The position numbers and the translations under genes are program-made. The notes under the pieces were generated by a model. The model was not told the origin of the DNA, made no database searches, and saw only the letters and a list, made by a program, of their open reading frames with translations. Shown piece by piece: positions 29,647-39,037 of a stretch of 64,000 nucleotides of DNA. Each line of letters begins with the position of its first letter. Within the stretch, counting starts at the first letter, position 1. The stretch covers positions 1-64,000 of the IMG/VR virus record IMGVR_UViG_3300006736_003672. One strand, given 5' to 3'. Source of the DNA: a virus.

Positions 29647-30565
29647 CGTTCTTGTTACAGGTGGCAGTGGAATGGTCGGCAAAGCAATCGAAAAGATATT
29701 GCCAGAAGCCATGTATATCTCTTCCAAAGAATACGATTTAAGATCGCAGAATAAGTGTGAAGCATTATTTGAAACATATCAGCCAGAATATGTTGTTCAT
29801 GCAGCCGCGAAAGTTGGAGGAATAAAAGGCAACATGGATAACTTGGGCACCTATTTTTATGATAATATTGCTATGAATATTAATGTTTTAGAAATGTCCA
29901 GAAAATTTAAAGTTAAGAAAGTAATATCTCTTTTGAGCACCTGCATATATCCAGTCGATATAGATTATCCTTTGGTCGAAGAACAAATTCATTCCGGCCC
30001 TCCTCATTTTTCAAACTATTCATATGCATATGCGAAAAGAATGCTTGATGTTCAATCAAAAGCATACCGCCAACAATATGGTTGTAATTTCATTACAGTT
30101 ACACCAAATAATCTATTTGGAGAAAATGATAATTTTGATTTAGAGAATTCTCATGTTATTCCAGCAATCATTAGAAAGATCTATGAAGCAGGGCAAAATA
30201 ATAAAGACGTCACTTTGTGGGGAGATGGTTCTCCCTTAAGAGAATTTACTTATTCTGATGACGCAGCCAAAATATTATTATTTTTACTTGAAAAATATGA
30301 TAAACCTTCAACAATCAATATTGGGAACACGGAAGAATATTCTATTGAGTATGTTGCGAATACAATAGCAGATATTTTCGATTTTAACGGAAGGATAATA
30401 TGGGACACAACAAAGCCAAAGGGTCAGTTTAGAAAGCCTTCTGATAATTCTAAGTTACTTTCTTTAGGATGGGACAAAGCCAATTATTCAGACTTTAAGA
30501 ATTCTCTGGTTAAAACTTGTAATTGGTTCATAGAAAATTATCCAAACGTTAGAGGTGTAAATTGA
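29639..30565 (+). CDS. fcl: GDP-L-fucose synthase (GDP-4-keto-6-deoxymannose epimerase/reductase)
   Basis: [34 protein letters not shown] and [10 protein letters not shown]. Confidence 0.92.
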   Translation: MNNVLVTGGSGMVGKAIEKILPEAMYISSKEYDLRSQNKCEALFETYQPEYVVHAAAKVGGIKGNMDNLGTYFYDNIAMNINVLEMSRKFKVKKVISLLSTCIYPVDIDYPLVEEQIHSGPPHFSNYSYAYAKRMLDVQSKAYRQQYGCNFITVTPNNLFGENDNFDLENSHVIPAIIRKIYEAGQNNKDVTLWGDGSPLREFTYSDDAAKILLFLLEKYDKPSTINIGNTEEYSIEYVANTIADIFDFNGRIIWDTTKPKGQFRKPSDNSKLLSLGWDKANYSDFKNSLVKTCNWFIENYPNVRGVN

Positions 30566-31539
30566 CAAAAACAGCGTTAATAACAGGAATAACAGGGCAA
30601 GACGGTTCATATTTAGCAGAATTGTTATTGAGCAAGGGGTATTATGTTGTTGGTGTGAAGAGACGTACTTCGTTGTTATGCACTGACAGAATTGATCATT
30701 TTTTCTCTCACCCTAACTTGAAGTTAGAATATGGGAACATGCATGACGCCGGCTGTTTTTGGAGATTGCTGAATAAATATAAGCCAGATGAAATTTATAA
30801 TATTGCAGCTCAATCTCATGTAAGAGTGTCTTTTGAGGTTCCAGAAGAAACAGTGGATACAATTGTTATGGGAACTCTTAGATTATTGAACGCTTATAAA
30901 GAGCTTTGTCCAGAATCTAAATTTTATCAAGCATCATCATCAGAAATGTTTGGTGATAATCCAGAGCCTCCTTTTAATGAAGAGTCAAATTTTATGCCTG
31001 CTTCACCATACGCATGCGCAAAAGTATTTGCTCACAATTTAGTCAGAAATTACAGGGAATCATATGGATTGTTTGCCTGCAGTGGCATTTTATTTAATCA
31101 TGAATCACCTAGAAGAGGAGAGACATTTGTAACACGAAAAATAACAATGGCCGCCGCCAATATACTTGCGGGGAACCAAGACAAACTTTATCTAGGAAAC
31201 TTAGACGCTTATAGAGATTGGGGTCATGCGGAGGATTATGTGGAAGCAATATGGATGATGTTGCAGCAGGATGAGCCAGATGATTATGTGATAGCTACTG
31301 GAGAGGCTCATACAGTAAAAGAATTTTTGTATCATGTATTTGAATATTCTGGCTTAGGAGACCCTATGAAATATGTTGAAATTAATCCTAATCTGTACAG
31401 ACCTCATGAAGTGCCGGTACTTATGGGAGATGTTACAAAAGCTAAAACAAAATTGGGATGGCAACCGAAAGTTACTTTTAAAAAATTAGCAGAAATGATG
31501 TTTGATGCTGACTATCAATTAACAATAAAGGAGAAATAA
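30562..31539 (+). CDS. gmd: GDP-mannose 4,6-dehydratase
   Basis: [51 protein letters not shown] and RDWGHA. Confidence 0.96.
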   Translation: MTKTALITGITGQDGSYLAELLLSKGYYVVGVKRRTSLLCTDRIDHFFSHPNLKLEYGNMHDAGCFWRLLNKYKPDEIYNIAAQSHVRVSFEVPEETVDTIVMGTLRLLNAYKELCPESKFYQASSSEMFGDNPEPPFNEESNFMPASPYACAKVFAHNLVRNYRESYGLFACSGILFNHESPRRGETFVTRKITMAAANILAGNQDKLYLGNLDAYRDWGHAEDYVEAIWMMLQQDEPDDYVIATGEAHTVKEFLYHVFEYSGLGDPMKYVEINPNLYRPHEVPVLMGDVTKAKTKLGWQPKVTFKKLAEMMFDADYQLTIKEK

Positions 31540-31540
31540 T

Positions 31541-31750
31541 ATGAAATTATCAAACCAAGCAATGGGAGCATTAATGATGGCTTTACAAAAGTCGCTTATG
31601 GATCAAAGCGACATTGTTGAGACATTAAGAGAATTTGATTTTGTGGTGAATACAGATGAACAACTAGTTGTAGAAAATCCACCAGTTCTTAGATTTGTCG
31701 AAGAAGAAGACAAAGAAGAGAAAATCATGCCTCGAGAAGAAGATTTTTAA
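31541..31750 (+). CDS. Hypothetical protein
   Basis: AAGGAG RBS; in the packed operon. Confidence 0.7.
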   Translation: MKLSNQAMGALMMALQKSLMDQSDIVETLREFDFVVNTDEQLVVENPPVLRFVEEEDKEEKIMPREEDF

Positions 31751-31752
31751 CA

Positions 31753-32010
31753 ATGCCTAAATATCTTTACAAATGTGGGTCTTGCGAAGAGATGTACTTA
31801 GTACGTCATCTAATGAAAGAGGTCGTGAATGTGTGTGAAAAATGTGGAGAAAAAGATTGTTTAAGGAAATTGCCTTTTTTCCCTGTGAACTTGAAGAAGG
31901 GCAAAAGGGAAAAAAAAGTTGGCGAAGTTGTAAAATCCCATATTGAAGAAACGAGAGAGGAAGTTGAAAAAGAGAAAGAAAAAATGAGACAAAAAGAATA
32001 TAAGCCATGA
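31753..32010 (+). CDS. FmdB-like zinc-ribbon protein
   Basis: MPKYLYKCGSC...CEKCG..LRKL. Confidence 0.75.
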   Translation: MPKYLYKCGSCEEMYLVRHLMKEVVNVCEKCGEKDCLRKLPFFPVNLKKGKREKKVGEVVKSHIEETREEVEKEKEKMRQKEYKP

Positions 32011-32363
32011 TTTATTTTTTTCTAACATTATCTGTGGTAATTAATTTATTATTGTTGTGGTACATCAAAGGTATATTAACAAAATTACTTTTTATTTCTG
32101 AAAATAGCGATGATTTGTTGTATGCTCTCGAGAATTTTTCGAATCATCTTGAAGCCATTCATGAAATGGAAACATTTTATGGTGAACCGGTTTTGCAAAA
32201 TTTAATTCAACATTCACGACATATTGTAGACGAAGTTAAAAATTATGGTGAAATATATATTTTAACTGACGAACCAGAAGAACCAGAAGAACAAGACGAG
32301 CCAGAAGAACAAGATGTTCTGGAATACGAGAAGAGAGAAGATAGCGAGGATATGTTCCTGTGA
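32007..32363 (+). CDS. Small membrane-anchored hypothetical protein
   Basis: N-terminal TM segment; acidic (D)EPEE(Q) micro-repeats near 32268-32315. Confidence 0.65.
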   Translation: MIYFFLTLSVVINLLLLWYIKGILTKLLFISENSDDLLYALENFSNHLEAIHEMETFYGEPVLQNLIQHSRHIVDEVKNYGEIYILTDEPEEPEEQDEPEEQDVLEYEKREDSEDMFL

Positions 32364-33043
32364 GAAAAAGTAAAACAAAAAAGTATTATTTTACAAAAGT
32401 ACATGAGGATGCAATAATTCGCTATGCTCTGTCTAACAATTTAAACGAAAGAACAGAATTATATGTAGTATATATACAGCCGGCCTTTAATGAAATGGTA
32501 GATAAAATTGTTTATACATATAAATTTTCCACTCTTCCAAATATAGATATTCTTCGCGAAGAGTGCAAAATATGGTTAACAACAATTTTGGATAAATACG
32601 ATTCCACCAAAGGTTCAAAAGCTTTTTCATATTTTAGTGTTATAACGAAAAATTGGTTTATTCATAAAGTTAAGAAGAACCAACAAAAACACAAAAGAGA
32701 AATCCAATTTGATGATTTGTCAAAAAATCTAGAACATACCTATGTTACTACTGAAGAAAAGTATATCAGGGATCGGGAGGAAAAAGAATTTTGGTTTCAT
32801 CTTTTACAACACATCGATTCTTGGAATCAAGAAAATCTAAGAGTAAATGAAAGAAAAGTATTAGATGCAATAAAGATTCTTTTAGAAAATTCTAATGATA
32901 TCGAAATTTTCAATAAAAAGGCAATTTATCTCTATTTAAGAGAGTTGACTGGGTTAAATACAAAGCAAGTTGTTAACAACTTAAATAAGATGAGAGTTCG
33001 CTATCGTAAATTTAAGCTAAACTGGAATAAAGGAAAAATATAA
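32360..33043 (+). CDS. Phage late-transcription sigma factor (T4 gp55-like)
   Basis: N-terminal KYYFT and region 2-like LDKYD..KGSKAFSYFSVITKNWFI, comparable to the gp55 NPFAYFT motif; lies at the head of the structural block. Confidence 0.7.
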   Translation: MRKSKTKKYYFTKVHEDAIIRYALSNNLNERTELYVVYIQPAFNEMVDKIVYTYKFSTLPNIDILREECKIWLTTILDKYDSTKGSKAFSYFSVITKNWFIHKVKKNQQKHKREIQFDDLSKNLEHTYVTTEEKYIRDREEKEFWFHLLQHIDSWNQENLRVNERKVLDAIKILLENSNDIEIFNKKAIYLYLRELTGLNTKQVVNNLNKMRVRYRKFKLNWNKGKI

Positions 33044-33075
33044 AATAATTCTATTTATATGTAAAGGAGAATATC

Positions 33076-34176
33076 ATGTCCGAAGAAGAAATTGATCAAC
33101 AGCCAGCAACGGAAGACGACCTTGCAGATGATTTTGCAGATGATTTTGATTTTGTAGAACACTATGGAGAATCAGCTGAAGTAAAACACGAAGAGCAGCT
33201 GCCTGATAATACTGCAAAATCATCTTTAAACTGTGCTTTTGTTGGTGTCGGCGGAGGTGGAGGTAAAATGGCAAAAGCCTTTTTAGATTTAGGATTTAAT
33301 AAAACTATTTTAGTTAACACGACTGAAAAGGACCAACCGGCCGGAATTGATTCTAAGCATTTGGTGCTTATTCCTGATGCAGACGGCGTTGCGAAAGATG
33401 TTTCTTATGGTAAAACTGTTTTTGAAAATAATGGAGCAGTTGTTGAAGATGCATTAAGAACTAAGCTTGGTAAAGTTGATTGGTTATTTGTGTTGGCTGG
33501 CGGTGGCGGAGGAACTGGAAGCGCATGCGCTTCCATGCATGAAGTTTTCGAAAGATACTTGGCTTCTGTTCAAGCGGAAGGGAGAGTTGTATATGTTGTT
33601 TCCTGGCCATCTGCACAAGAATTGCTAAATCCAACAATTGCGAAAAACGCTCTATCTTTGTTAAATGATGTATGTTCTTATCCTCACATTGTTTTGGACA
33701 ACGAAAGGCAAGTCGAATTGCTTCGCGGAAAAGTTGGAATGTTAAACATGTTCCCAGTCGCAAATAAAACTTTTGCTAAATTATTTAATCAAGTTTTGAA
33801 GTTGTCTTCTGAAAATTCTCCCATTCAGACTTTTGATTCGAAAGATCTTGAAAGGACTTTAAAACAAAATGGAAGAATTTTTATTGGTTCTACAATTGTT
33901 AGAGATCCAAAGGATCCAAATCTTGGAGCACAAATTTTTCAAAATTGCCTTCAACGATCCCCGTGTGCTCCCCCAAAGGGAAAGCCGAAAACAGGTACAA
34001 TGTTGTTAATTATGACCGAAGAGCTTGCATCAGATCCTGAGATTAGTAAACACTTGGATGCTGCAATGTCTTATGTTGGAGGAAGAACAGAGACGTTGTT
34101 CACAGGAGTATACATTAAAAGGAATGTTCCTGGCCTGGTAACAATATTGACCATGACAGGAATGGAAGAAGAGTGA
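33076..34176 (+). CDS. Tubulin/FtsZ-family GTPase (PhuZ/TubZ-like)
   Basis: FVGVGGGGGK, VNT, DGVAKD, signature GGGGGTGS, VLDNE and T7-like FDSKDL. Confidence 0.9.
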   Translation: MSEEEIDQQPATEDDLADDFADDFDFVEHYGESAEVKHEEQLPDNTAKSSLNCAFVGVGGGGGKMAKAFLDLGFNKTILVNTTEKDQPAGIDSKHLVLIPDADGVAKDVSYGKTVFENNGAVVEDALRTKLGKVDWLFVLAGGGGGTGSACASMHEVFERYLASVQAEGRVVYVVSWPSAQELLNPTIAKNALSLLNDVCSYPHIVLDNERQVELLRGKVGMLNMFPVANKTFAKLFNQVLKLSSENSPIQTFDSKDLERTLKQNGRIFIGSTIVRDPKDPNLGAQIFQNCLQRSPCAPPKGKPKTGTMLLIMTEELASDPEISKHLDAAMSYVGGRTETLFTGVYIKRNVPGLVTILTMTGMEEE

Positions 34177-34457
34177 AAGAAGTTGATAAATATTTGCAAG
34201 AGTCGATTGAAAACATTAGAAGTGATCGCGACGTAACAAATAGTCTTTTAAAAGATGTGATGATTTATCTTTCTGGAGATGAAACAAGGCATGAGAAAGT
34301 AGGACAAGTTGCAGCTAAATATCTTGAAACTTTACAGCGTTCGAACGAACAATTGGTTAAGGTAGTTGGTCTGCTCCACAAAAGACAGACAAGTACAGGT
34401 GAATTAACCGATGAGGATAAAAACGAGCTATTTGAGCTAATAAAGGAAAGTTCTTAG
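34173..34457 (+). CDS. Hypothetical helical protein
   Basis: Overlaps the tubulin stop (GTGA coupling); coiled-coil-like. Confidence 0.7.
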   Translation: MKEVDKYLQESIENIRSDRDVTNSLLKDVMIYLSGDETRHEKVGQVAAKYLETLQRSNEQLVKVVGLLHKRQTSTGELTDEDKNELFELIKESS

Positions 34458-34458
34458 T

Positions 34459-35952
34459 GTGGCAGAGCGAATACAGCATGGAATAAATGGACCCGAGCCA
34501 CCATTATTTTCTAGAAACGTACACCCAACTACAACGCCTTTTAAATATATTCGTGACTTTGCCACTAGTCATAACAAAACAAGTATTTTAAAAGAGGCCG
34601 GCCCTTATATAGCGGAAGTTATAAGAGTATATGATAAATATACTTTAGGACAATCGACTGGAAAAGTTCCTTTGGATTACTGGAATCATTTTGAAGGCGA
34701 CGAATCGGGAGAGATAGTTATTATAAGGGCGAGAATACCAGAAATCGATACTTTTGGCATCCCGCAGAAGCTTCCAGTAAATGATGAGGATTTTGTAAAT
34801 TTAAGCTCAGAAGACAAACATCGTGTTGAACGCTACCCAAAATGCATTGCAAAGTGGTTAAACATGCCTAGACCAGCCGTTGGGCAGGCAGTTTGGGTAG
34901 ATTTCAGAGATCCAAAAAATAGATCAGGTAGGATGTATTTGGGAATTGTCAACAGTACTCAACCTAATGCTTATTCTAGTGGTGCAGGATCTAAAGATGG
35001 TTTCGACAACCCTTTAACTCCAAATTATTTCCCGCCGACAGAGCCTCCAAAGCCATATACTGGGCCAGTTGTTTTTGCAGATGGATACAATTGGGCCTTC
35101 CCGGAAGGCGAAGTGGCGTTAACAATTGGGCCTGGGGAAATTGCAACTTTGGCCATGGTCGGCGGCAACCCGCGTATAAGAGCCTTTATGAGAATGATTA
35201 CGCTTCATGAAGGCGGGGCGCGCCACCAAGGTCCGGACAATGGCGTGATAGCTAGTCCATATCAATTGCTTGTAGGGGGGAAGGTAACTACCGACCCACA
35301 AAAACGCGCAGGCCGCATTACAAAGGGTCATATAGTATCTTCTGGAAATTTTTTTGGAGGAGGTTATGTGGGCCATCCGGGCATTGTGGTCAAGTGGAAC
35401 CCGGATGCATATGGGTCTTCTGCTTGTGGCAGATTTCAATTCTTGGGAAGTACCTGGAAGAACTGGGCCGCCCGCACTCGAAAACGCCCGGGCCACCCTG
35501 ATCGATCAATGGAAGAAGCTCGAGCCGATTTTTCCCCGGCGAATCAGGATTATGCGACTTATCAATTTATGATGAAACACAAAGGCGCCCCCGAGTTCGG
35601 TGGAGTTAAGGCAAGTCTACTTGAATTATTAGTTAAAATGGGCGACACTCCTGTTGAAGCTACTCCCGACAATAAAAAGATATGGAAATTAATTATGAAA
35701 ACTGCCGGCCCAGGAGCTGGGCCAAAAGGGCCTAGGCATCACACTCCGGGCCCTGGAAAAGGAATTGGTGGAACATGGGCTAGTTTACCTTACGCGTGCT
35801 ATAAGAATCAAAGTTGTATAAAACTGCTCGCCGACGGCGGCCTTCTCCGCGACCAAAAAAGATATAACGAAGGGATAGAATTATATTCAGCTTTGTTAGA
35901 CGAAGAAAATATCATAGCGGAATATAACGCGGATCTGACACCTGTGGGATAA
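34459..35952 (+). CDS. gp5-like OB-fold hub protein fused to a lambda-R-type lytic transglycosylase
   Basis: N-terminal IRARIPE...P.VGQAVWVDF.D...MYLG (gp5/VgrG OB-like). C-terminal RIRAFMRMITLHEG, SSACGRFQFLGSTW, DFSPANQD and TWASLP. Confidence 0.8.
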   Translation: MAERIQHGINGPEPPLFSRNVHPTTTPFKYIRDFATSHNKTSILKEAGPYIAEVIRVYDKYTLGQSTGKVPLDYWNHFEGDESGEIVIIRARIPEIDTFGIPQKLPVNDEDFVNLSSEDKHRVERYPKCIAKWLNMPRPAVGQAVWVDFRDPKNRSGRMYLGIVNSTQPNAYSSGAGSKDGFDNPLTPNYFPPTEPPKPYTGPVVFADGYNWAFPEGEVALTIGPGEIATLAMVGGNPRIRAFMRMITLHEGGARHQGPDNGVIASPYQLLVGGKVTTDPQKRAGRITKGHIVSSGNFFGGGYVGHPGIVVKWNPDAYGSSACGRFQFLGSTWKNWAARTRKRPGHPDRSMEEARADFSPANQDYATYQFMMKHKGAPEFGGVKASLLELLVKMGDTPVEATPDNKKIWKLIMKTAGPGAGPKGPRHHTPGPGKGIGGTWASLPYACYKNQSCIKLLADGGLLRDQKRYNEGIELYSALLDEENIIAEYNADLTPVG

Positions 35953-36464
35953 GGAGTAAAATTTAAATGGCTAACGAACGAATACAACATGGAATAAATG
36001 GGCCCGAACCACCATTATTTTCTAGAAATGTACACTCAGCCACAACGCCCTTTAAGTATGTAAGAGACGCCGCCACTAGTCATAACAAAACAAGTATTTT
36101 AAAAGAGGCCGGCCCTTATATAGCGGAAGTTATAAGGGTATTCGAGACTTACACTTTAGGACAATCGACTGGAAAAGTTCCTTTGGACTATTGGAACCAC
36201 TTTGAAGGTGAGGAATCAGGCGATATAGTTGTTATGAGAGTCCGCATACCAGAAATTGACACTTTTGGAATACCACAGCAGCTTCCAGTAAATGATGAGG
36301 ATTTTGCAAATTTAAGCCCGGGAGACAAGCACCTTGTTGAGCGTTATCCAAAGTGCATTGCAAAGTGGTTAAACATGCCTCGCCCTGCAGTTGGGCAGGC
36401 AGTTTGGGTAGATTTCAGAGATCCGAAAAATAGATCAGGTAGGATGTATTTGGGAATTGTTAAT
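34459..36464 (+). repeat. ~495 bp diverged direct repeat (34459-34953 and 35967-36464) encoding the shared N-terminal module
   Basis: Long identical stretches such as GCCACTAGTCATAACAAAACAAGTATTTTAAAAGAGGCCGGCCCTTATATAGCGGAAGTTATAAG and AAAAATAGATCAGGTAGGATGTATTTGGGAATTGT. Confidence 0.95.
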
Positions 36465-37820
36465 ACTGCGCAAGCATCACTTGATTCTGGTGACTCCGGC
36501 TCCGGCGATGGTGACTCATCCACAAAAGATGATTTTGATCAAGGGACCGATGCTGACAAGGCTCTCGCCACCCAGCGCAGCAGAAATGCGCTCAAGAGGG
36601 GCATCAAAATTCCTGAAGCTGATAAAGGCGATATTGCATTATTGGTCGGTGATAGCCAGATGAAGGGGAGGCTTGGAGAGGCTCTGGCCAAGCGACTTAC
36701 AACTTTAGGATGGCAACTACTCCCAAAGGGGGCCGTCAAGGGGCAAACCCAAAGAGCTGCAACAGCTCGTACAGGCTCGTCCATTAAACCATGGCTTTTA
36801 CAAGTTTGTGCGATACAAGACGGTAAGCCAGAATGGGGAAAAGCTGGTTTTAAATGTATAAATAAATATTTGACAAGAACACAACCACCAAAGGTTGTAT
36901 ATATATGTCTATCAGGAAATGGTGGCACTGGAAAACAAGCCGTAAAATTTATTAATATGATTAGAGATGCCACAGGAGAGGCAACACAGATTGTGTGGTT
37001 TTTAGCGCCAAAATCACATGATGCCCCCGGTGGCAAACAAAGGGCCTACATGAACCAAGGTACCGCTAATGGCACGTGCCAGGCGCCTAAAACAGGAAGT
37101 AATTGCGGCCGCCTCGCGAGAAATTTAGAGATCCAGATGGCTATAGCAGAATTAGACAAAGTAATGATTATTGATCCGCAAATAGAACTGCCAGATTACA
37201 AACCAGATGAGACAAATGCCCACGACGGGCTTCATCTAGGTAAAAAAGCTGCAGAAAGGCTTATTAATAATATATCTAGAGGGTTACTTACAGCTGAACA
37301 AAGACAAAAACAGCTCCAGGAAAACCTCCTCGTCGGCGGCTGTTTCGTTGCAGGAACTAAGATTGCTGTCGTCGATGAACTTGGCAACAAACATGAAAAG
37401 AACATTCAAGATGTGCATGTTGGAGATACTGTGTTGAGTTATAACTTTGCACTTGGTGCGCTTGAGAATAAGCGTGTCACGTCAACTTTCAATCCAATAC
37501 ACAATGATCTTACAAAGTTCACGTTCGACAATAACACGTCGACAATTCACACTTATGATCACCCATATTATGTAATAAATAAGGGCTGGGCATCATTAAG
37601 TCCGGATTTTACAAAACATCGCTATGCTGAACATTCGTCAGAATTATTGGATACAAAACTTATTAATGTCGGTGATCAATGTTTGCTTGATGATGGAATA
37701 ACTTATACAACACTAATTGATGTACAGGTTGTTCATGGCAATAATGTTATGACGTATAATATAAGAGTTGAGGACAATAACAATTATTTTGCTGACGGAA
37801 TTCTGGTACACAATAAGTAA
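35967..37820 (+). CDS. gp5-like OB-fold hub protein fused to an SGNH hydrolase and a C-terminal Hint domain
   Basis: Same N-terminal ~165 aa as the upstream gene. SGNH blocks LVGDSQ, RTGSS, LSGNG and DGLHL. Hint motifs CFVAGT, TYDHP and YNIRV..NNYFADGILVHNK-stop. Confidence 0.8.
   Translation: MANERIQHGINGPEPPLFSRNVHSATTPFKYVRDAATSHNKTSILKEAGPYIAEVIRVFETYTLGQSTGKVPLDYWNHFEGEESGDIVVMRVRIPEIDTFGIPQQLPVNDEDFANLSPGDKHLVERYPKCIAKWLNMPRPAVGQAVWVDFRDPKNRSGRMYLGIVNTAQASLDSGDSGSGDGDSSTKDDFDQGTDADKALATQRSRNALKRGIKIPEADKGDIALLVGDSQMKGRLGEALAKRLTTLGWQLLPKGAVKGQTQRAATARTGSSIKPWLLQVCAIQDGKPEWGKAGFKCINKYLTRTQPPKVVYICLSGNGGTGKQAVKFINMIRDATGEATQIVWFLAPKSHDAPGGKQRAYMNQGTANGTCQAPKTGSNCGRLARNLEIQMAIAELDKVMIIDPQIELPDYKPDETNAHDGLHLGKKAAERLINNISRGLLTAEQRQKQLQENLLVGGCFVAGTKIAVVDELGNKHEKNIQDVHVGDTVLSYNFALGALENKRVTSTFNPIHNDLTKFTFDNNTSTIHTYDHPYYVINKGWASLSPDFTKHRYAEHSSELLDTKLINVGDQCLLDDGITYTTLIDVQVVHGNNVMTYNIRVEDNNNYFADGILVHNK
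37341..37820 (+). other. Hint (intein-like, BIL/PT-HINT-type) autoprocessing domain at the protein C-terminus
   Basis: Cys1 in GG|CFVAGT, block B TxxH (TYDH) and terminal HN followed by Lys-stop; no endonuclease and no C-extein. Confidence 0.88.
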
Positions 37821-37911
37821 GCGAAAAAGTATTTTTTATTAAACTATTTACTCTTGTTATAAAAATACATAATACGTTGCCCTATGTAAGCATAAAGGAA
37901 GTAGTGTGTAA

Positions 37912-39018
37912 ATGTCGAATAAAAAATTAATAGAATATCCTAAATGTATTAGCGCGGAGAGAGCTAAAAAATTAAGCACACTTTCAGATAAAGATAGAGA
38001 AAGAGCGCTCTCTGGAGTGGGACAAGGGATAAAGTTTGAGTGCGCACCAGCATATGAAGCTGGGGACTGTGAAACCTGGTTTAGAAGTAAAGGAGGAAAT
38101 GCTTTTCTAATCTTGGGAAGAGATCGTCCAAATGGTTTACATAGTGGATACGGTGGGTCTGATGGGGAAAAGGGTGATCATCCAGCAGCATCAGCTGTAA
38201 GGCTTACAGCAGGAATGGGAGGACGTTCACCGAAAGAAATAGTTAACGTGCACGGTGTCGAACTTGTTAATACTTTAGATCCTAACAATCAAGAAGATGC
38301 TGCAACAATTTATTTAAGCCAAAAAACAGATATTGATGATAAGCAACGAGGCTTTAATTTAGCTAAAGGCACAATTGGTAGAGTAGAAGCGCGCTCCGCT
38401 GCCGCCATAAAAGCAGATTCTGTAAGAATTATAAGTAGAGATGGTGGCATAAAATTAATTGCCGGCGGCTCCACGAAGAATTCGCAAGGAGGAAAAATAG
38501 ACACTTATCCTGATATTAATTTTATTGCGGGAAACGACGACTCTGGTCGACTCTTGCAACCATTAGTTAAGGGCGATAATATGAAAAAAGCTATTATCAA
38601 ACTTTACAAATATTTAGATGAGATTCTTATAACCGTTAATAGTATTTTAATTGAACAGGATCTTTTAAATAAAATTTTATCGACTCACCAACATCTGTTA
38701 CCCCCAATCACCTTGCCGCCGATGAAGATTCAAGGCTACGGCGTTGGCGGAAACTCCGGCGGCATCGTCAAATCAACGCTCCTTGCTAGTACAGTTCCGC
38801 CGTCTCCCTTCCCCATGGGGTTGGGAACTCCTTCCCCGGGGTGGACACTGTTTAGCCCGGAGGTGATGACTCAGGCGAACGTATGTTCTATGAATCAAAT
38901 GAGCATTAGTATGGACAAGATTGTGAAATTAAAAGCTAATATGCTTGGATCAAAAGCCAATGCAATTTACCCAACTTCACCTAATTATATAATGAGCAAA
39001 AATGTTTTTACAACTTAA
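37912..39018 (+). CDS. Putative baseplate central spike (gp5 C-terminal-like beta-helix)
   Basis: Beta-strand repeats (AIKADSVRIISRDGGIKLIAG), then a helical stretch and HxH (STHQH) as in metal-binding spike tips; adjacent to the OB-fold genes. Confidence 0.55.
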   Translation: MSNKKLIEYPKCISAERAKKLSTLSDKDRERALSGVGQGIKFECAPAYEAGDCETWFRSKGGNAFLILGRDRPNGLHSGYGGSDGEKGDHPAASAVRLTAGMGGRSPKEIVNVHGVELVNTLDPNNQEDAATIYLSQKTDIDDKQRGFNLAKGTIGRVEARSAAAIKADSVRIISRDGGIKLIAGGSTKNSQGGKIDTYPDINFIAGNDDSGRLLQPLVKGDNMKKAIIKLYKYLDEILITVNSILIEQDLLNKILSTHQHLLPPITLPPMKIQGYGVGGNSGGIVKSTLLASTVPPSPFPMGLGTPSPGWTLFSPEVMTQANVCSMNQMSISMDKIVKLKANMLGSKANAIYPTSPNYIMSKNVFTT

Positions 39019-39037
39019 GGGCCATAGGTAGGGATAT

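Noticed and set aside
33076-34176. Cellular ftsZ indicating a bacterial chromosome
   Set aside because: The sequence is divergent, lacks the FtsZ C-terminal peptide and dcw context, and sits among baseplate genes.
34459-36464. Diversity-generating retroelement TR/VR pair or assembly artefact
   Set aside because: Differences between the copies are largely synonymous and not adenine-specific, both copies are coding N-termini, and no reverse transcriptase is in the window. The divergence argues against an assembly duplicate.
37341-37820. Mobile homing intein
   Set aside because: There is no endonuclease domain, no Cys/Ser/Thr at +1 and no C-extein.
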